In this document: piece after piece, positions 17,705-28,817 of the stretch | Layout: each line of letters opens with the position of its first letter | Numbering within the stretch: position 1 is the stretch's first letter | Source: a virus | Lineage: Duplodnaviria; Caudoviricetes | Reading direction: 5' to 3' (one strand) | DNA length: 34,693 nucleotides | Virus record (IMG/VR): IMGVR_UViG_3300045285_000127 | Location: 1 to 34,693 of that record | Notes under the pieces: generated by a model | The model's database searches: none | The model's input: only the letters and a program-made list of their open reading frames with translations | What the model was told of the DNA's origin: nothing | Made by a program: the position numbers and the translations under genes

Positions 17705-17787
17705 TTGATAAGCATAACCCCCGCAAGCCTCTAGCGTGCGCCTATAGCATCTAAGCTCAAATCGTGGGGGCCCTTCAAGGAAGAGGC

Positions 17788-18522
17788 ATGTCTCAAGTTA
17801 TCAAGACCACAAATCAACTAATCATAAACTCATTATACCTTTTGGGTGAATTGGGCGTGGGTGAAACACCTGATTCCTTTATGCTTAGCTCAGGTCTTGA
17901 ACTAATCAATGAACTATTGGATAAGTTTGCAGCAGATAGTATTTATATCCCTTATTTAACCGAATTATCCTTTAATATGGTCTCAGGACAAGCTACGTAT
18001 TCTATATCAGATATGATTCCAGCTGATGTGGATGCCGATAGAGTCGTTGTTTTTTGCTGTGGGAACTATACAGTCCCTAGCTCAGGACAGGGGATTATCT
18101 ATCCACTGCAAATTATTAATAAAGCTCAATATTATGGTGTCACAAGATTAACACCACTACAAACTCGCCCAGGATTTATATTTCTAGATAAACAACCACA
18201 AGAAAGTTTAGTTACATTATATCCCCAGCCTGACCAACCATATCCATGCTTGCTTGGTGTCAAGCTTATGCTAAATAAACTCATAGCCAATGAGAGCCTT
18301 GAGGAGCTACCGCCTTTTTACTATGGATTTTTAAAGTATTGCCTGGCTAGAAAGTTCTTATCCTATTATCCATCAGGCAATTGGCCGGATACTGCTGAGC
18401 AAGAATACCAAGATTATTTTAATACCATTAAAAATGCCAACGAAACAGATTTAACTGTACGTCCTTCGGCCATATTAAGTAGGCCTGAGCCTTTCTACTG
18501 GCAAAATATTTTGGCCTATTAA
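17788..18522 (+). CDS. Head-tail adaptor (P22 gp4-like)
   Basis: LIINSLYLLG...GETP...GLELINELL N-terminus and LYP.PD...Y...LKY.LA C-terminus; ATG at 17788 follows an SD. Confidence 0.72.
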   Translation: MSQVIKTTNQLIINSLYLLGELGVGETPDSFMLSSGLELINELLDKFAADSIYIPYLTELSFNMVSGQATYSISDMIPADVDADRVVVFCCGNYTVPSSGQGIIYPLQIINKAQYYGVTRLTPLQTRPGFIFLDKQPQESLVTLYPQPDQPYPCLLGVKLMLNKLIANESLEELPPFYYGFLKYCLARKFLSYYPSGNWPDTAEQEYQDYFNTIKNANETDLTVRPSAILSRPEPFYWQNILAY

Positions 18523-18523
18523 T

Positions 18524-20377
18524 ATGAGGAAAGATTACGACTTAGTCGGAAGCTATGACAACCAACGCGTGAGCACAATAAATGCTGAACGCACCGTTAA
18601 TCTATTTGAATATTTAGACCCAGATGGCAAACGTCCTAAAGTATTGCTCCCAACAGCAGGACTTATTAATGCAAATCTTCATTTTGGTTCTGAAACGGGT
18701 GGCGCACGAGCTTCATTTGTTTTTAGCAATGCCATTTATCAAGTTTATGGCGCATCAGTATATAGAACTAATGGCACAACAGGGGCTCTTATTACTACCC
18801 TTATTGGCACTCTTTCAACCACCGTAGGCTATGTGGGCGTAGATGCAAATACCTATCAGGTTATATTTGTCGATGGTGTGCAGAGTTTTATTTGGGATAT
18901 TAATGCAAGCACCTTTGTGAAAATAACAGATACTGGGTTTCCTTCTAAGCCCATTGATGTGTGTTATTTGGACGGCTTCTTTTTAGTAGCCAATGGGGAT
19001 ACCAATACATTCCAGCTGTCCATGATTAACCAAGGGATGGTTTGGAGTGGCGGCTCAGGTGGAGCTGCTACTTTTACAGCAGACGCTGGAACAGACATTC
19101 TTACTTTAAGTACGAATACAGCTAATTTTGCCACTGGTGTCCCCATTGTTTTTACAAGTGCTGGTACCCCTCCGCCACCACTTGTGGCAGGAACAACTTA
19201 TTATGTCATAAGAGTAAGTGCTCCTACAGTGACCCCAGGAACCATAAAGCTTGCTACAACCTATGCTAATGCAATTGCTAATATTCCCATTGACATAACA
19301 GGGGCGGGCGTTCCTCCAAATACCATAACTAGCCCAGGCCAATTGCAACTTGGAAGCATCACATCTCACCCAGGGAATATTGTAGGATGCAGAACCCTTC
19401 ACCGACGAATATTTTTATTCTCAGCCAACTATACAGAAGTATGGGAGAACGCAGGTCTTGGAACAAACTTACCATTTAGGCGGGTTAATTCATTGCTTAT
19501 GGAGGTTGGAACACCTGCTCTAGGAAGTATAGTTGTTGGATTTGATAGCATGTTTTTTTTAGCTCAAGACAAAGACGGTCTTGCAGGCGTCATGATTGTT
19601 AAGGGAACAGAGGCAAAATCCGCAAGCAATAGGGCGCTTGACTTCCAATTAGCTCAATATGCAGCAGATCCATTAAAGGGTGTTTCGGATGCACGAGGCA
19701 TTCTGCTCAAGGAAAATGGACTTATCTTTTACAGATTAAACTTCACTAGAGCAAATCATACCTTTGTTTTTGACGTCACTATGAGTGCAGAATCTCCGAA
19801 ATGGCATGAAGAGGAAGTACTTAATGGCGATAGACATCCTGCTCAAACCCATGCCTATTTTGATGGGGTGAATTACTACGGTGATTATCAGCATCCCATA
19901 TTTTATATCGTTGATGATGCCACACCTACAAACAATGGTGAAACCATTCGTCGGATGAGAATTGGACGCCAAATGACACCAGAGGGATATAACCGATTGC
20001 GTATTGATAGGTTCCAGGTGGATTTGTTGCAGGGGTCTTTGGATATATCCCAATTTATCGATGATGACCTACTGACAGAACTTAGTGAGGCCTTAACAAC
20101 TGAAGATGGTGAAGACATTATTTTAGATCAACAAATTAATATTGGCGGTGGCCAACCAGTAGTGTTCTTGACTATTTCAAGGGATGGCGGCCAGACCTAC
20201 GGCAATTACCTGCAAGCCACAATGGGGAAATTAGGTGAGCGTACATACAGAACTGTATGGAGAAAATTAGGGACAACCCCAAGAGGCCAGGGTTTCATAC
20301 CTAGAATTGAGTTTTTTAATGAAATCCCATTTGTGGTTCTCGGAGCCGCGTGGGATTTTGAAGTATTACCGGAGTAG
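18524..20377 (+). CDS. Tail hub / DNA stabilization protein (P22 gp10-like)
   Basis: YLDGFF, TEVWENAG, ISRDGGQTYG, GERTYRTVWRKLG motifs. Confidence 0.85.
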   Translation: MRKDYDLVGSYDNQRVSTINAERTVNLFEYLDPDGKRPKVLLPTAGLINANLHFGSETGGARASFVFSNAIYQVYGASVYRTNGTTGALITTLIGTLSTTVGYVGVDANTYQVIFVDGVQSFIWDINASTFVKITDTGFPSKPIDVCYLDGFFLVANGDTNTFQLSMINQGMVWSGGSGGAATFTADAGTDILTLSTNTANFATGVPIVFTSAGTPPPPLVAGTTYYVIRVSAPTVTPGTIKLATTYANAIANIPIDITGAGVPPNTITSPGQLQLGSITSHPGNIVGCRTLHRRIFLFSANYTEVWENAGLGTNLPFRRVNSLLMEVGTPALGSIVVGFDSMFFLAQDKDGLAGVMIVKGTEAKSASNRALDFQLAQYAADPLKGVSDARGILLKENGLIFYRLNFTRANHTFVFDVTMSAESPKWHEEEVLNGDRHPAQTHAYFDGVNYYGDYQHPIFYIVDDATPTNNGETIRRMRIGRQMTPEGYNRLRIDRFQVDLLQGSLDISQFIDDDLLTELSEALTTEDGEDIILDQQINIGGGQPVVFLTISRDGGQTYGNYLQATMGKLGERTYRTVWRKLGTTPRGQGFIPRIEFFNEIPFVVLGAAWDFEVLPE

Positions 20378-20380
20378 GGC

Positions 20381-20644
20381 ATGGCCAGAGACTTAGATAA
20401 TTTCCCAACCTATGACCCAATTATTAGGGATTCTGTTTATTTAAGCAGTATTTGGGGTGATTTTATGGCCACCTTTATTGAATCTTTGCGCGAATATTTG
20501 TCACAAAATGGGATATTTGTTCCGAGGATAACTACTGAGCAACGTGATAGTTTGCAGAATCCTGTTAATGGTCAACAAATTTACAACACAACTTTAGAGA
20601 AATTTCAGGGTTATGAAAATAATGCCTGGGTAAACTTAATATAG
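20381..20644 (+). CDS. Small tail-associated protein
   Basis: VPRITTEQRD...GQQIYNTT..KFQGY...W fibre-like motif. Confidence 0.6.
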   Translation: MARDLDNFPTYDPIIRDSVYLSSIWGDFMATFIESLREYLSQNGIFVPRITTEQRDSLQNPVNGQQIYNTTLEKFQGYENNAWVNLI

Positions 20645-20661
20645 ACACAAGGAATGTAGCT

Positions 20662-21267
20662 ATGCCATTTGATCCGCAACAACTACTAGGTGGGCTAGGA
20701 GGACTTTTTGGTGGGCTTTTTGGTAATTCTGGAGCTCCTTATGACAAGGCTATGGATCAATACAGGCAATGGGGAGATAAGGCTGCTGGAGGGTTGCAGC
20801 CTTATCAAAATGCAGGAACTGGAGCTATTAGCGATTATCAAAAATGGTTACAAGGTCAACAAGACCCTAGCAAGTTCATTAACAATCTTATGAGCGGGTA
20901 CAAAGAAAGTCCTTATGCTCAAAATATGCAACAAGAGGCTATGCGTGCAGGCCAAAATGCAGGTTCTGCTAGTGGCATGATGGGTAGCACTCCTTTGATG
21001 CAGCAGATGCAACAAAATGCTGGAAATATTGCATCACAAGACCAAAACCAATGGCTTCAAAATGTATTGGGCATCAATAAGCAATATGGTGAAGGCCAGA
21101 ATAATCTTATGACCGGCGGCCAGAATGCGGCTAATTCATTGGCTAATTTGTATAGCCATATGGGTGATCAGATGGGACAAGGTGCATTTGGCAAGCAAGC
21201 TGGCAAGCAAAATGATTTCTGGAACACCATTGGCGGCATTGGCAGCATACTTGGCAGCTTTTTTTAA
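20662..21267 (+). CDS. Putative ejection protein (P22 gp7-like)
   Basis: G/Q/N-rich; LQPYQNAG, SPY, GSASG motifs; hydrophobic ends. Confidence 0.72.
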   Translation: MPFDPQQLLGGLGGLFGGLFGNSGAPYDKAMDQYRQWGDKAAGGLQPYQNAGTGAISDYQKWLQGQQDPSKFINNLMSGYKESPYAQNMQQEAMRAGQNAGSASGMMGSTPLMQQMQQNAGNIASQDQNQWLQNVLGINKQYGEGQNNLMTGGQNAANSLANLYSHMGDQMGQGAFGKQAGKQNDFWNTIGGIGSILGSFF

Positions 21268-21277
21268 GGATTAAATT

Positions 21278-22624
21278 ATGGGACTACCATTACCTAGAGT
21301 TATTCCTGATGTGGGACCTGGCGGACCATTGGTTACTGCTATGGGAGGTATGAATGCATTAGCCAATAACATGCATTTGAAAGACATAAATAAAGTTAAG
21401 GCGCAATTTGCTCCGATGACTACTCAAGCTGAAGCTGCATCAAAACTTGCTTATGCCAATTTAATGGGCCCTCAATTCTTAGCTAAGTTATTAGGCAATG
21501 ATGCAGCTATAGCAAATATGGGCGATCCAGCCGCAAGAGCTGCTTTGCAAAAAGCAGTTGCAGCTGGGATGGGACAAGGAACAGGGCTTAATTTTTTGAA
21601 TCAAATGCCACAAGGAAATAATCAATTTTCTGGTATTGGGCAGCCTTCAACTAATTCCCTTTCAGGTTGGATTGCTAATAAGCTGAAAAGTGCTTTTGGT
21701 CAGGGCCAACAAGTTCAGCCACAAAATCCATTTAGTCAGAATAATAATCCAGGTATGCCACAACAAGGAATGCAACAACCTGGACAATTTTCACACCCCT
21801 CTAATAATCCTTTGGTTGGTCAAAGAAGGCCTAATGGGGCTGTAACGCAGGTTGGGCAGCAATGGTATGACAAGGATAATAATCCAGTTTATGACGATGA
21901 AGAAACTAATCAAACTCCAATGCAGATGGAACTTACTAGCGGACAATCTCCTGTAAGACAGCCTACTTATGCGGAAAATACTGGAAATTATAAAGGAACC
22001 GTAGAAGAGGGCAAAGAGCTAGGAAAAATTCGTGCAAAAACCATTGATGAAATGGATCAACAATACCAACAAGCCATTCAATCTGAAGTGCCTTTAAAGC
22101 ATATGAATGAAATTGTAACAAACCCAAAATTTCAAAACCTAAGAAAATTCCCGTGGTTTCAAGGTTTGCAATTGGACGCTAAGGCTAAAATTGGTACTCC
22201 TGAAGAACAAAAACTTATTGGTGATTTTCAAACAACAGCATTAAAAGCTGTGGCAGAAACCGTCATGGGATTTAAAGGAAGAATTTTAGATAAAGAAGTA
22301 TCTCTTGCTAATGATATGAAAATCAATAAAAACGACACAATTGGGGTAATGTTAGGCAAACTTCCTTCTATTGAAACTTTTCAGGAAATGACAAAGCAGC
22401 GGTCAAGATTGGCATCAAGACTTATGCAAAAGCAGCATATGAACAGAGGTGAGGCACTTGAAGAAGCCGATCATATGGTTAATGGTTCTGAAATTAGAAG
22501 AAAAGTTGAGAATGAACTAAATCCAATAACTGATGATGATATTGAGACGACGGCTAAAGAAAATGGAATGACTCGTGAGCAGGTTATAAAAAGATTAAAG
22601 TCAGAAGGTAGATATCATGGGTAA
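21278..22624 (+). CDS. Putative ejection / internal virion protein
   Basis: Position after the gp7-like gene; Q/P-rich then helical. Confidence 0.55.
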   Translation: MGLPLPRVIPDVGPGGPLVTAMGGMNALANNMHLKDINKVKAQFAPMTTQAEAASKLAYANLMGPQFLAKLLGNDAAIANMGDPAARAALQKAVAAGMGQGTGLNFLNQMPQGNNQFSGIGQPSTNSLSGWIANKLKSAFGQGQQVQPQNPFSQNNNPGMPQQGMQQPGQFSHPSNNPLVGQRRPNGAVTQVGQQWYDKDNNPVYDDEETNQTPMQMELTSGQSPVRQPTYAENTGNYKGTVEEGKELGKIRAKTIDEMDQQYQQAIQSEVPLKHMNEIVTNPKFQNLRKFPWFQGLQLDAKAKIGTPEEQKLIGDFQTTALKAVAETVMGFKGRILDKEVSLANDMKINKNDTIGVMLGKLPSIETFQEMTKQRSRLASRLMQKQHMNRGEALEEADHMVNGSEIRRKVENELNPITDDDIETTAKENGMTREQVIKRLKSEGRYHG

Positions 22625-23576
22625 AAACCTATTTTCTACTGACAAAAAAACACAATCTGAACCTATGAATAAGGGGTCAGGTCGTAATTTATTTGCAAAT
22701 ACAAACTCAGAACCAGAAGAAGGATTTCTACAAAAACTTCCAAGAAACATTGGGGCTGGATTGGCTAATCTTGGTCATTCAGAATTAAATATTCCACATG
22801 ATATTGCGCAAGCTGCTGAGGATTTTGGACAAAATTTTGGTAATTCATTGAATAAATCATTTCCATTGCCAGAAAATTTTCAGCAAAAATTAGAGCAATT
22901 GCCGCAGAAAGAGCAATTTAAGTTATCTGAGCACATTCCTTATCAACAAGATTATGATTTTGCCAAAATGCTAGGACTGCAAGGGGAGCCCACGTTTGCC
23001 GATACATTGGTTCAAAAAGGCGTTGAGCATAGCCCAGAAATTTTAGCTAGCGCAAATGCATTAAGAAGTATTTTGCCTCATTTAACAAAACGCGGAGCAA
23101 CCAATACATTAAAGCAAGCAAGACAATTAGCCTCAGAAAGAAATATAGGTGCTTTTAATGTTGATCCTGAATTAATTGAAGATGCACGTCAATTTATCCC
23201 AAAAACACTTCCTTATCGTAATGCATTAGATGCTGCGCATTATGGTGATTATGATTCGTTATTTCGCTTGCAATCAGACGTTGGTAAACATGCATCAGAT
23301 TATTCCCGCTCATTATTTTCAGCAGCAGAGCGCGCGCATGGAAGAGAAGGATTGGCGGCTAGAAAAAGATTATTAGATGCGATTCATGAAAACCTACAAT
23401 CTCAAGGACACCAAGACATCTCAGATTTATTAAAACAAGGTCAAAATGAATATAGAAAATATATGGGGTTCAAACCTTATAGAAATGCATTAGGAGTGGC
23501 AGCTGCATCATTAGCAATTCCTAAAAATCCTATGACTAATCTCTTGAAAAAATTATGGTTACAAAGTAGCCAATAA
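22617..23576 (+). CDS. Putative ejection / internal virion protein
   Basis: Overlaps the previous gene; helical; duplicated GxNLF at the N-terminus. Confidence 0.55.
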   Translation: MGKNLFSTDKKTQSEPMNKGSGRNLFANTNSEPEEGFLQKLPRNIGAGLANLGHSELNIPHDIAQAAEDFGQNFGNSLNKSFPLPENFQQKLEQLPQKEQFKLSEHIPYQQDYDFAKMLGLQGEPTFADTLVQKGVEHSPEILASANALRSILPHLTKRGATNTLKQARQLASERNIGAFNVDPELIEDARQFIPKTLPYRNALDAAHYGDYDSLFRLQSDVGKHASDYSRSLFSAAERAHGREGLAARKRLLDAIHENLQSQGHQDISDLLKQGQNEYRKYMGFKPYRNALGVAAASLAIPKNPMTNLLKKLWLQSSQ

Positions 23577-23610
23577 AAAATAATTTGAAATTTCACAAGG
23601 AATGTGAAGC

Positions 23611-25266
23611 ATGTCAACAATTACACATACATTAGCACCAGAACCGTTTTGGATCATCATCAACAACGAAGGAACCGTTGCTGGTGGTGCTAGGATGTTT
23701 ACTAAGCGCTCATTAAATAAAGTTCAAGATAAAATAGTTTATCAAGATGCTGCGGGAACTATTGCTTGGCCTAACCCTATAATTTTTGATTTAAATGGGG
23801 TTCAAGGTCCATTTTATTGGACAGTTGATAGTACCGCTTTAAATGATACTTATTTTTTACAAGTTTATGAAGCTCCAGTTGATGGTTCAGGTTCTGATAG
23901 AGGGCCACTTATATGGGATATTGATAATTTTTCCCCAGGAACAGGGGGTGGCGGAGGAGATGTAACAACATATAATGATATTACAAATTACATAGCTAAC
24001 AATCAATTCATTGACCATATTGATGATGTACCAAGCCCAACGAACACAACCAATCTTGTCATTGCCCCTTCAAATCACAAAGGTTTTACCCCTGCTTTAA
24101 TTGCACCTGTGGTGGGCACTTACGGTGTAGTGGGGCCAGATATTCGTTTTATTAAAAATACAACAGTCAACGCTGATTCAATATCGTTTCCTTTATTCAC
24201 TCTTGCAGATTTTCCCTTAGATGGCGATGTAACGCCAGTTGATTATATTCGATATGTATGCACAACAGGCCTTGCAGGAGAGACATATAAATGTTTTCAG
24301 TTCCCTATTACTCAAAAGGTTAAGAATTTAGCCAACACGCAAGTGACTTTTGGATTATGGGCAGCAGTTGATTCAACGCCAGTGACTATTAATCTCTATG
24401 CTCGCCAATATTATGGCAATGGAACAGCCGCCACTTTAGAATCCACATCAACAAGGCTACATTTCAATACCATTGCTCTTACCAGCACCTGGACATGGTA
24501 TCCCATGACATTTACTGTTCCTGATACCGCAGGTAATTCCATTGGAACGCCTGGACTACAAACGGATGATGACGCCTTATATATTCAGGTTGAAATGCCA
24601 CTAAGCGCGCCATGTGATGTGAAATTTACAAAGCCTGCTCTTTATCTAGGCACAGTTGACCCTAATATGGACTTTGATAATTACGACCAAATCAATTCCA
24701 TCAACTCAACACCAAGAACAGGTGATATCAAAACTACCTTTGTATCCAATCCGGCGTCTACAGCTGCAAATATTACCCTTAAAGGATGGGTGCCAATGAA
24801 TGATGGCTCCATTGGAAATGTTGCATCAGGCGCTACAACTCGCGCCAATAAAGATACCTTCCAATTATACAAAACCATTTGGGATGGCGTCATTGATACC
24901 TGGGCACCAGTTTCAACTGGACGAGGTGCTACGGCAGTCGCAGATTTCTTGGCAGGTAAAACTCTTACACTACCACGATCACTTGGTAGGGCCATGGCTG
25001 GAGCTGGAACTGGAGCTGGATTAACAGCACGAGTACTTGGTCAATACCTAGGAGCTGAAACCATAAGCACGGCTGCAATGCCCTCTCACACTCACCCTAC
25101 CTTTAATCTAGGCGGAACTTTCGTTGGAACTGGCCTTGGTGGAGATAGTTTATCTTCTGGTGGTGGAGGTTTAGGAACAGTTGGTACTACCGGCACAACA
25201 GGAAGTGGCGCTGCTGATGGGAATATGGAGCCTACGAGCTTCTTCAATGTATTTATAAAATTATAG
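23611..25266 (+). CDS. Tail fibre with virion-anchor N-domain and collar-like C-domain
   Basis: YQD..GT..WPNPIIFDLNG anchor; TGDIK...GWVPMNDG...LP...GR...MPSHTH...NMEP...IKL. Confidence 0.78.
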   Translation: MSTITHTLAPEPFWIIINNEGTVAGGARMFTKRSLNKVQDKIVYQDAAGTIAWPNPIIFDLNGVQGPFYWTVDSTALNDTYFLQVYEAPVDGSGSDRGPLIWDIDNFSPGTGGGGGDVTTYNDITNYIANNQFIDHIDDVPSPTNTTNLVIAPSNHKGFTPALIAPVVGTYGVVGPDIRFIKNTTVNADSISFPLFTLADFPLDGDVTPVDYIRYVCTTGLAGETYKCFQFPITQKVKNLANTQVTFGLWAAVDSTPVTINLYARQYYGNGTAATLESTSTRLHFNTIALTSTWTWYPMTFTVPDTAGNSIGTPGLQTDDDALYIQVEMPLSAPCDVKFTKPALYLGTVDPNMDFDNYDQINSINSTPRTGDIKTTFVSNPASTAANITLKGWVPMNDGSIGNVASGATTRANKDTFQLYKTIWDGVIDTWAPVSTGRGATAVADFLAGKTLTLPRSLGRAMAGAGTGAGLTARVLGQYLGAETISTAAMPSHTHPTFNLGGTFVGTGLGGDSLSSGGGGLGTVGTTGTTGSGAADGNMEPTSFFNVFIKL

Positions 25267-25277
25267 GAGCTAAAAAA

Positions 25278-25580
25278 ATGGCAGTTCAATTAGTAAATGT
25301 TCCAGCATTAGACCCAAATGCCTACACAGGTCCTACTCGTGTTATGGCAGGTGTTGCGCGCACAGGTTCAGTCACTGTCAATACGATGTATGGGGATAAT
25401 GGATCAGTAGAATTCGCACGTTGGTTGTATGTAGGCGTGACAGGTAACGTTTCATATAGGAAGTGGGACGGTACAGATCAGACTCTTATCGGGTTGGCAG
25501 CAGGTGTTTGGCATCCGGTGTTCTCCATTTTGGTGAATAGCTCAGGAACTACAGCTACCAGTTTGGTATGGGGAAGTTAG
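25278..25580 (+). CDS. Small tail/spike accessory protein
   Basis: RWLYVGVTGNV...G..HP...V.S.GTTAT motif. Confidence 0.65.
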   Translation: MAVQLVNVPALDPNAYTGPTRVMAGVARTGSVTVNTMYGDNGSVEFARWLYVGVTGNVSYRKWDGTDQTLIGLAAGVWHPVFSILVNSSGTTATSLVWGS

Positions 25581-25622
25581 CTAACTTCAAAATGTAATAT
25601 TACAATTAAAAGGAATTAATAA

Positions 25623-26840
25623 ATGACAACTCAAATCTCGCAAACTGTTTTATCCCCATGGTTAACACCTGTTCGAGTGGTATCAACCTCAAATATAGCA
25701 GGAACCTATTCTAATGGTCCTCAAAATAATGGTGTTGGTGCAACCCTTACAATAGCAGCCTCATCATTAACCATAGATAGCGTTGTATGTGCAGTGGGTG
25801 ATCGTGTTCTTCTCCAAACCCAAACCAATACAAATGAGCAAGGTATTTATATTGTTTATAGCATTGGCACCACAGTTGTATTGCAACGCGCAGCTGACCA
25901 ACAAAGTCTTGAACAAATAAAAGCTGGCCAATATGTATCTGTCGGTGCAGGTTCTGTTAATGCGGGCAATGTGTATAGTATTGTGGAACCCCTACCAGCC
26001 ATTCTTGGTATCAATGCTCTTGTTATTAATGCAGATCCATCTGCTGGTGGAGTTTCATTTTCAGGTGGTGCATCTACTGCAAATGCTTTAGCTGTGTTTT
26101 CTGATACTTCAGGAAATATAAAGGCTGCAACGACCACAACAACTTTAGGTCAAGCATTGGCAGTTACGGGCTCCGTTACTGCTTCTACAAGTATTACAGC
26201 TACAGCTGGAAACATAACTTCTGGTTCATCAGGTGATGCAGGAACATTTATCTCTTTCCCTGCAACAGCTGCAAACGGAACATTGATTATTGCTGCGGGT
26301 AATGCTGGTGGGGCATTTAACACCACAATAAGCAGTGGAACAATTGGACAATCATCTGTGATTACAATTCCAGATCCTGGTGCTGCTACTAGTAAATTTG
26401 TGCTTCAAGATGGAACAAACACCGTTCTAAGTGTGGCCAATTTGAAATACGGAGCTACACCTGTTGCTCAAGTAGATCCTGCTTCTTGTACTATCACTGC
26501 CGCAGCAGGTGCCGCAAACACCGCAACTGTTACCATTCAGCTAAAAGATGGAAGTGGCACTAACATGGCTAGAATTATTCCATTCAGAGTTTATGCATCT
26601 TCTGCCGCTGATGGACTAACCCTAGCAAGTGCCGCATCAACTGGGTTCTCTGTTGCGAGTGGGGGTTTGAGTTTAAATAATGGCGCTGCAATTACTACTC
26701 AAATTTCTTGTATTTCTAGTGCAACTGGAGGATGTGTTCTTAGTCTGCTTGATACAGGCAAACAAACAAGCTACCTCGTCCTTGTTCTTGCCAATGGATG
26801 CAAAATCTCCGCTCAACTTTCAACTGGAAGTTATGGTTAG
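25623..26840 (+). CDS. Tail fibre-like structural protein
   Basis: GDRVLL..QT...QGIY.V motif; A/T/S/G-rich. Confidence 0.7.
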   Translation: MTTQISQTVLSPWLTPVRVVSTSNIAGTYSNGPQNNGVGATLTIAASSLTIDSVVCAVGDRVLLQTQTNTNEQGIYIVYSIGTTVVLQRAADQQSLEQIKAGQYVSVGAGSVNAGNVYSIVEPLPAILGINALVINADPSAGGVSFSGGASTANALAVFSDTSGNIKAATTTTTLGQALAVTGSVTASTSITATAGNITSGSSGDAGTFISFPATAANGTLIIAAGNAGGAFNTTISSGTIGQSSVITIPDPGAATSKFVLQDGTNTVLSVANLKYGATPVAQVDPASCTITAAAGAANTATVTIQLKDGSGTNMARIIPFRVYASSAADGLTLASAASTGFSVASGGLSLNNGAAITTQISCISSATGGCVLSLLDTGKQTSYLVLVLANGCKISAQLSTGSYG

Positions 26841-26864
26841 TAAATAATCAATTTGTAATTTATC

Positions 26865-26887
26865 AGGGGGTTAACTTCCCCCTTTTT
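26865..26887 (+). terminator. Rho-independent terminator
   Basis: AGGGGG-TTAACTT-CCCCCT followed by a T run. Confidence 0.7.
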
Positions 26888-26902
26888 AAAAGGAATCGAT
26901 AG

Positions 26903-27046
26903 ATGCAAGGTGCTTATGGTGGATTGATTATTATTCTTGTTTATGCAAGTGCAGGTGATGTACCACCAGGCCAAGGGTTTTTCTTGCAAACTGATAATAC
27001 CCCCTTGTTGTTGACTGATAATAGTAACTTGTTGCTTGCAAATTAA
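26903..27046 (+). CDS. Small tail accessory peptide (47 aa)
   Basis: Own translation [47 protein letters not shown]; SD AAGGA. Confidence 0.55.
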   Translation: MQGAYGGLIIILVYASAGDVPPGQGFFLQTDNTPLLLTDNSNLLLAN

Positions 27047-27056
27047 GGACAAAAAA

Positions 27057-28817
27057 ATGTCAAGAACATTAGAACAAATATACATTGATAACCCTATTAC
27101 CTCAAATACATCAACGGATTTAATGTATTTTGCTCAATCCCCTTATTCTGCGGGTAATGATGCTGGTATGACCTTTGCAAATTTTAGTTCACAATTTGGC
27201 GCACCTTATACGGCGGCAGCTCTTACTCGTACAAATGATACTAATGTTACTGTAACTCTGGGAGGAAACCCGGCAACCGCCTTATTACAAGCGACGTCCT
27301 TAACTATGGGTTGGACGGGAACACTGGCTGAAACAAGAGGAGGGACAGCGCAATCTACTTATACTCTAGGAGATACTTTATACAGTTCAGCTGCAAATAC
27401 TTTATCCAAATTAGCAGGCAATATCACCACTACAAAACAATATCTTTCACAAACAGGAACAGGTGCGGTTTCGGCTTCCCCTGCATGGTCAACCGTTGAT
27501 GGAGGAGATATTACAGGGGCTGCATTAACAAAAGTCGATGACACCAATGTCACAATGGCTTTAGGAGGAACTCCAACAACAGCTTTACTGCGCGCTGCTT
27601 CAATGACCCTTGGGTGGACAGGACAGCTTGCAGTCACGAGAGGTGGGACTGGATTAGGATCTCTTGCCCAAGGTGATTTAATCTATGGAAGTGCAGCTAA
27701 TACATTTTCAGCATTAACAAAAGACACTAATGCAACACGGTATTTATCAAATACTGGCACAAGTAATAATCCTGCTTGGGCACAAGTCAACCTTGCAAAT
27801 GGAGTAACTGGAAATCTTCCTGTAACAAATTTGAACTCAGGTACAAACGCATCATCAACTACCTATTGGCGAGGTGATACTACTTGGTCCACGATAACTG
27901 GAACTGATATCACTGGAGCTGCACTTACTAAAGTAGATGACACTAATGTAACCCTAACACTAGGTGGCACACCGGCAACCTCTCTTCTTCGTGCAGCTTC
28001 AATAACAGCCGGATGGACAGGCCAACTAGGATTAACTAGAGGGGGTACAGCTGCAAGTTTAACAGCATCAAACGGCGGCATTGTCTATAGTAATGCCAGT
28101 ACTCTTGCAATATTGGCAGGAACTGCCACCGCTGGCCAGATGCTTCAATCTGGTGCTAGCACCACCCCTTCCTGGTCAACATCCACATATCCTGCGACCA
28201 ATGCTGTTAATACATTGCTTTACGCATCATCCGCTAATGTCATGTCAGCTCTTGCCACTGCTAATAGCTCTGTATTAGTGACAAGTTCAGGAGGCGTACC
28301 TAGCTTGTCAACAGCTTTACCATCTGGGTTAACTGCTACTAACATGAACTTAACCACTCCCACCCTTGGCGTTGCTTCGGCCACTAGCATTAACTTTGGT
28401 GGCGGCGCTTTAAGTAGTTATGTCCCAAATACGTCTTGGACACCTACATTTACTTTTGGGACGCCTGGGAATCTTAGTGTTGTTTATAATACGCAAACAG
28501 GAAGATATGTAAGAATTGGGGATGTTGTTTATTATTCTTTCTCTTTGAATGTTACACCTACATTTTCTTCTTCATCAGGTAATGCAATTATTGGCGGACT
28601 CCCATTAACTGTAAGTTCTTCCGTAAACTGCTATGGAACATTTCAAGCAACTTTACTTTTATTTTCCGGATATCTTTCCGCTGCTCCTACTGGCGGTCAA
28701 ACAACAATGCTTATTATCAATTCGGCTAACGGGGCAGGCGGAGCTGCATTAACAACCACTGCTTTTACAACCGCCCAAGCTTTTGCCGTGGTGGGAACAG
28801 GATTTTATTATGTATAA
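27057..28817 (+). CDS. Long tail fibre with three internal repeats
   Basis: AALT..DTNVT..LGG.P.T.LL.A.S.T.GWTG.L..TRGGT three times; C-terminal WTPT...GRYVRIG.VV knob. ATG at 27057. Confidence 0.82.
   Translation: MSRTLEQIYIDNPITSNTSTDLMYFAQSPYSAGNDAGMTFANFSSQFGAPYTAAALTRTNDTNVTVTLGGNPATALLQATSLTMGWTGTLAETRGGTAQSTYTLGDTLYSSAANTLSKLAGNITTTKQYLSQTGTGAVSASPAWSTVDGGDITGAALTKVDDTNVTMALGGTPTTALLRAASMTLGWTGQLAVTRGGTGLGSLAQGDLIYGSAANTFSALTKDTNATRYLSNTGTSNNPAWAQVNLANGVTGNLPVTNLNSGTNASSTTYWRGDTTWSTITGTDITGAALTKVDDTNVTLTLGGTPATSLLRAASITAGWTGQLGLTRGGTAASLTASNGGIVYSNASTLAILAGTATAGQMLQSGASTTPSWSTSTYPATNAVNTLLYASSANVMSALATANSSVLVTSSGGVPSLSTALPSGLTATNMNLTTPTLGVASATSINFGGGALSSYVPNTSWTPTFTFGTPGNLSVVYNTQTGRYVRIGDVVYYSFSLNVTPTFSSSSGNAIIGGLPLTVSSSVNCYGTFQATLLLFSGYLSAAPTGGQTTMLIINSANGAGGAALTTTAFTTAQAFAVVGTGFYYV

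Noticed and set aside
18040-18065. Programmed frameshift at the T-run in the gp4-like gene
   Set aside because: The ORF stays open through it and I found no supporting structure or alternative product.
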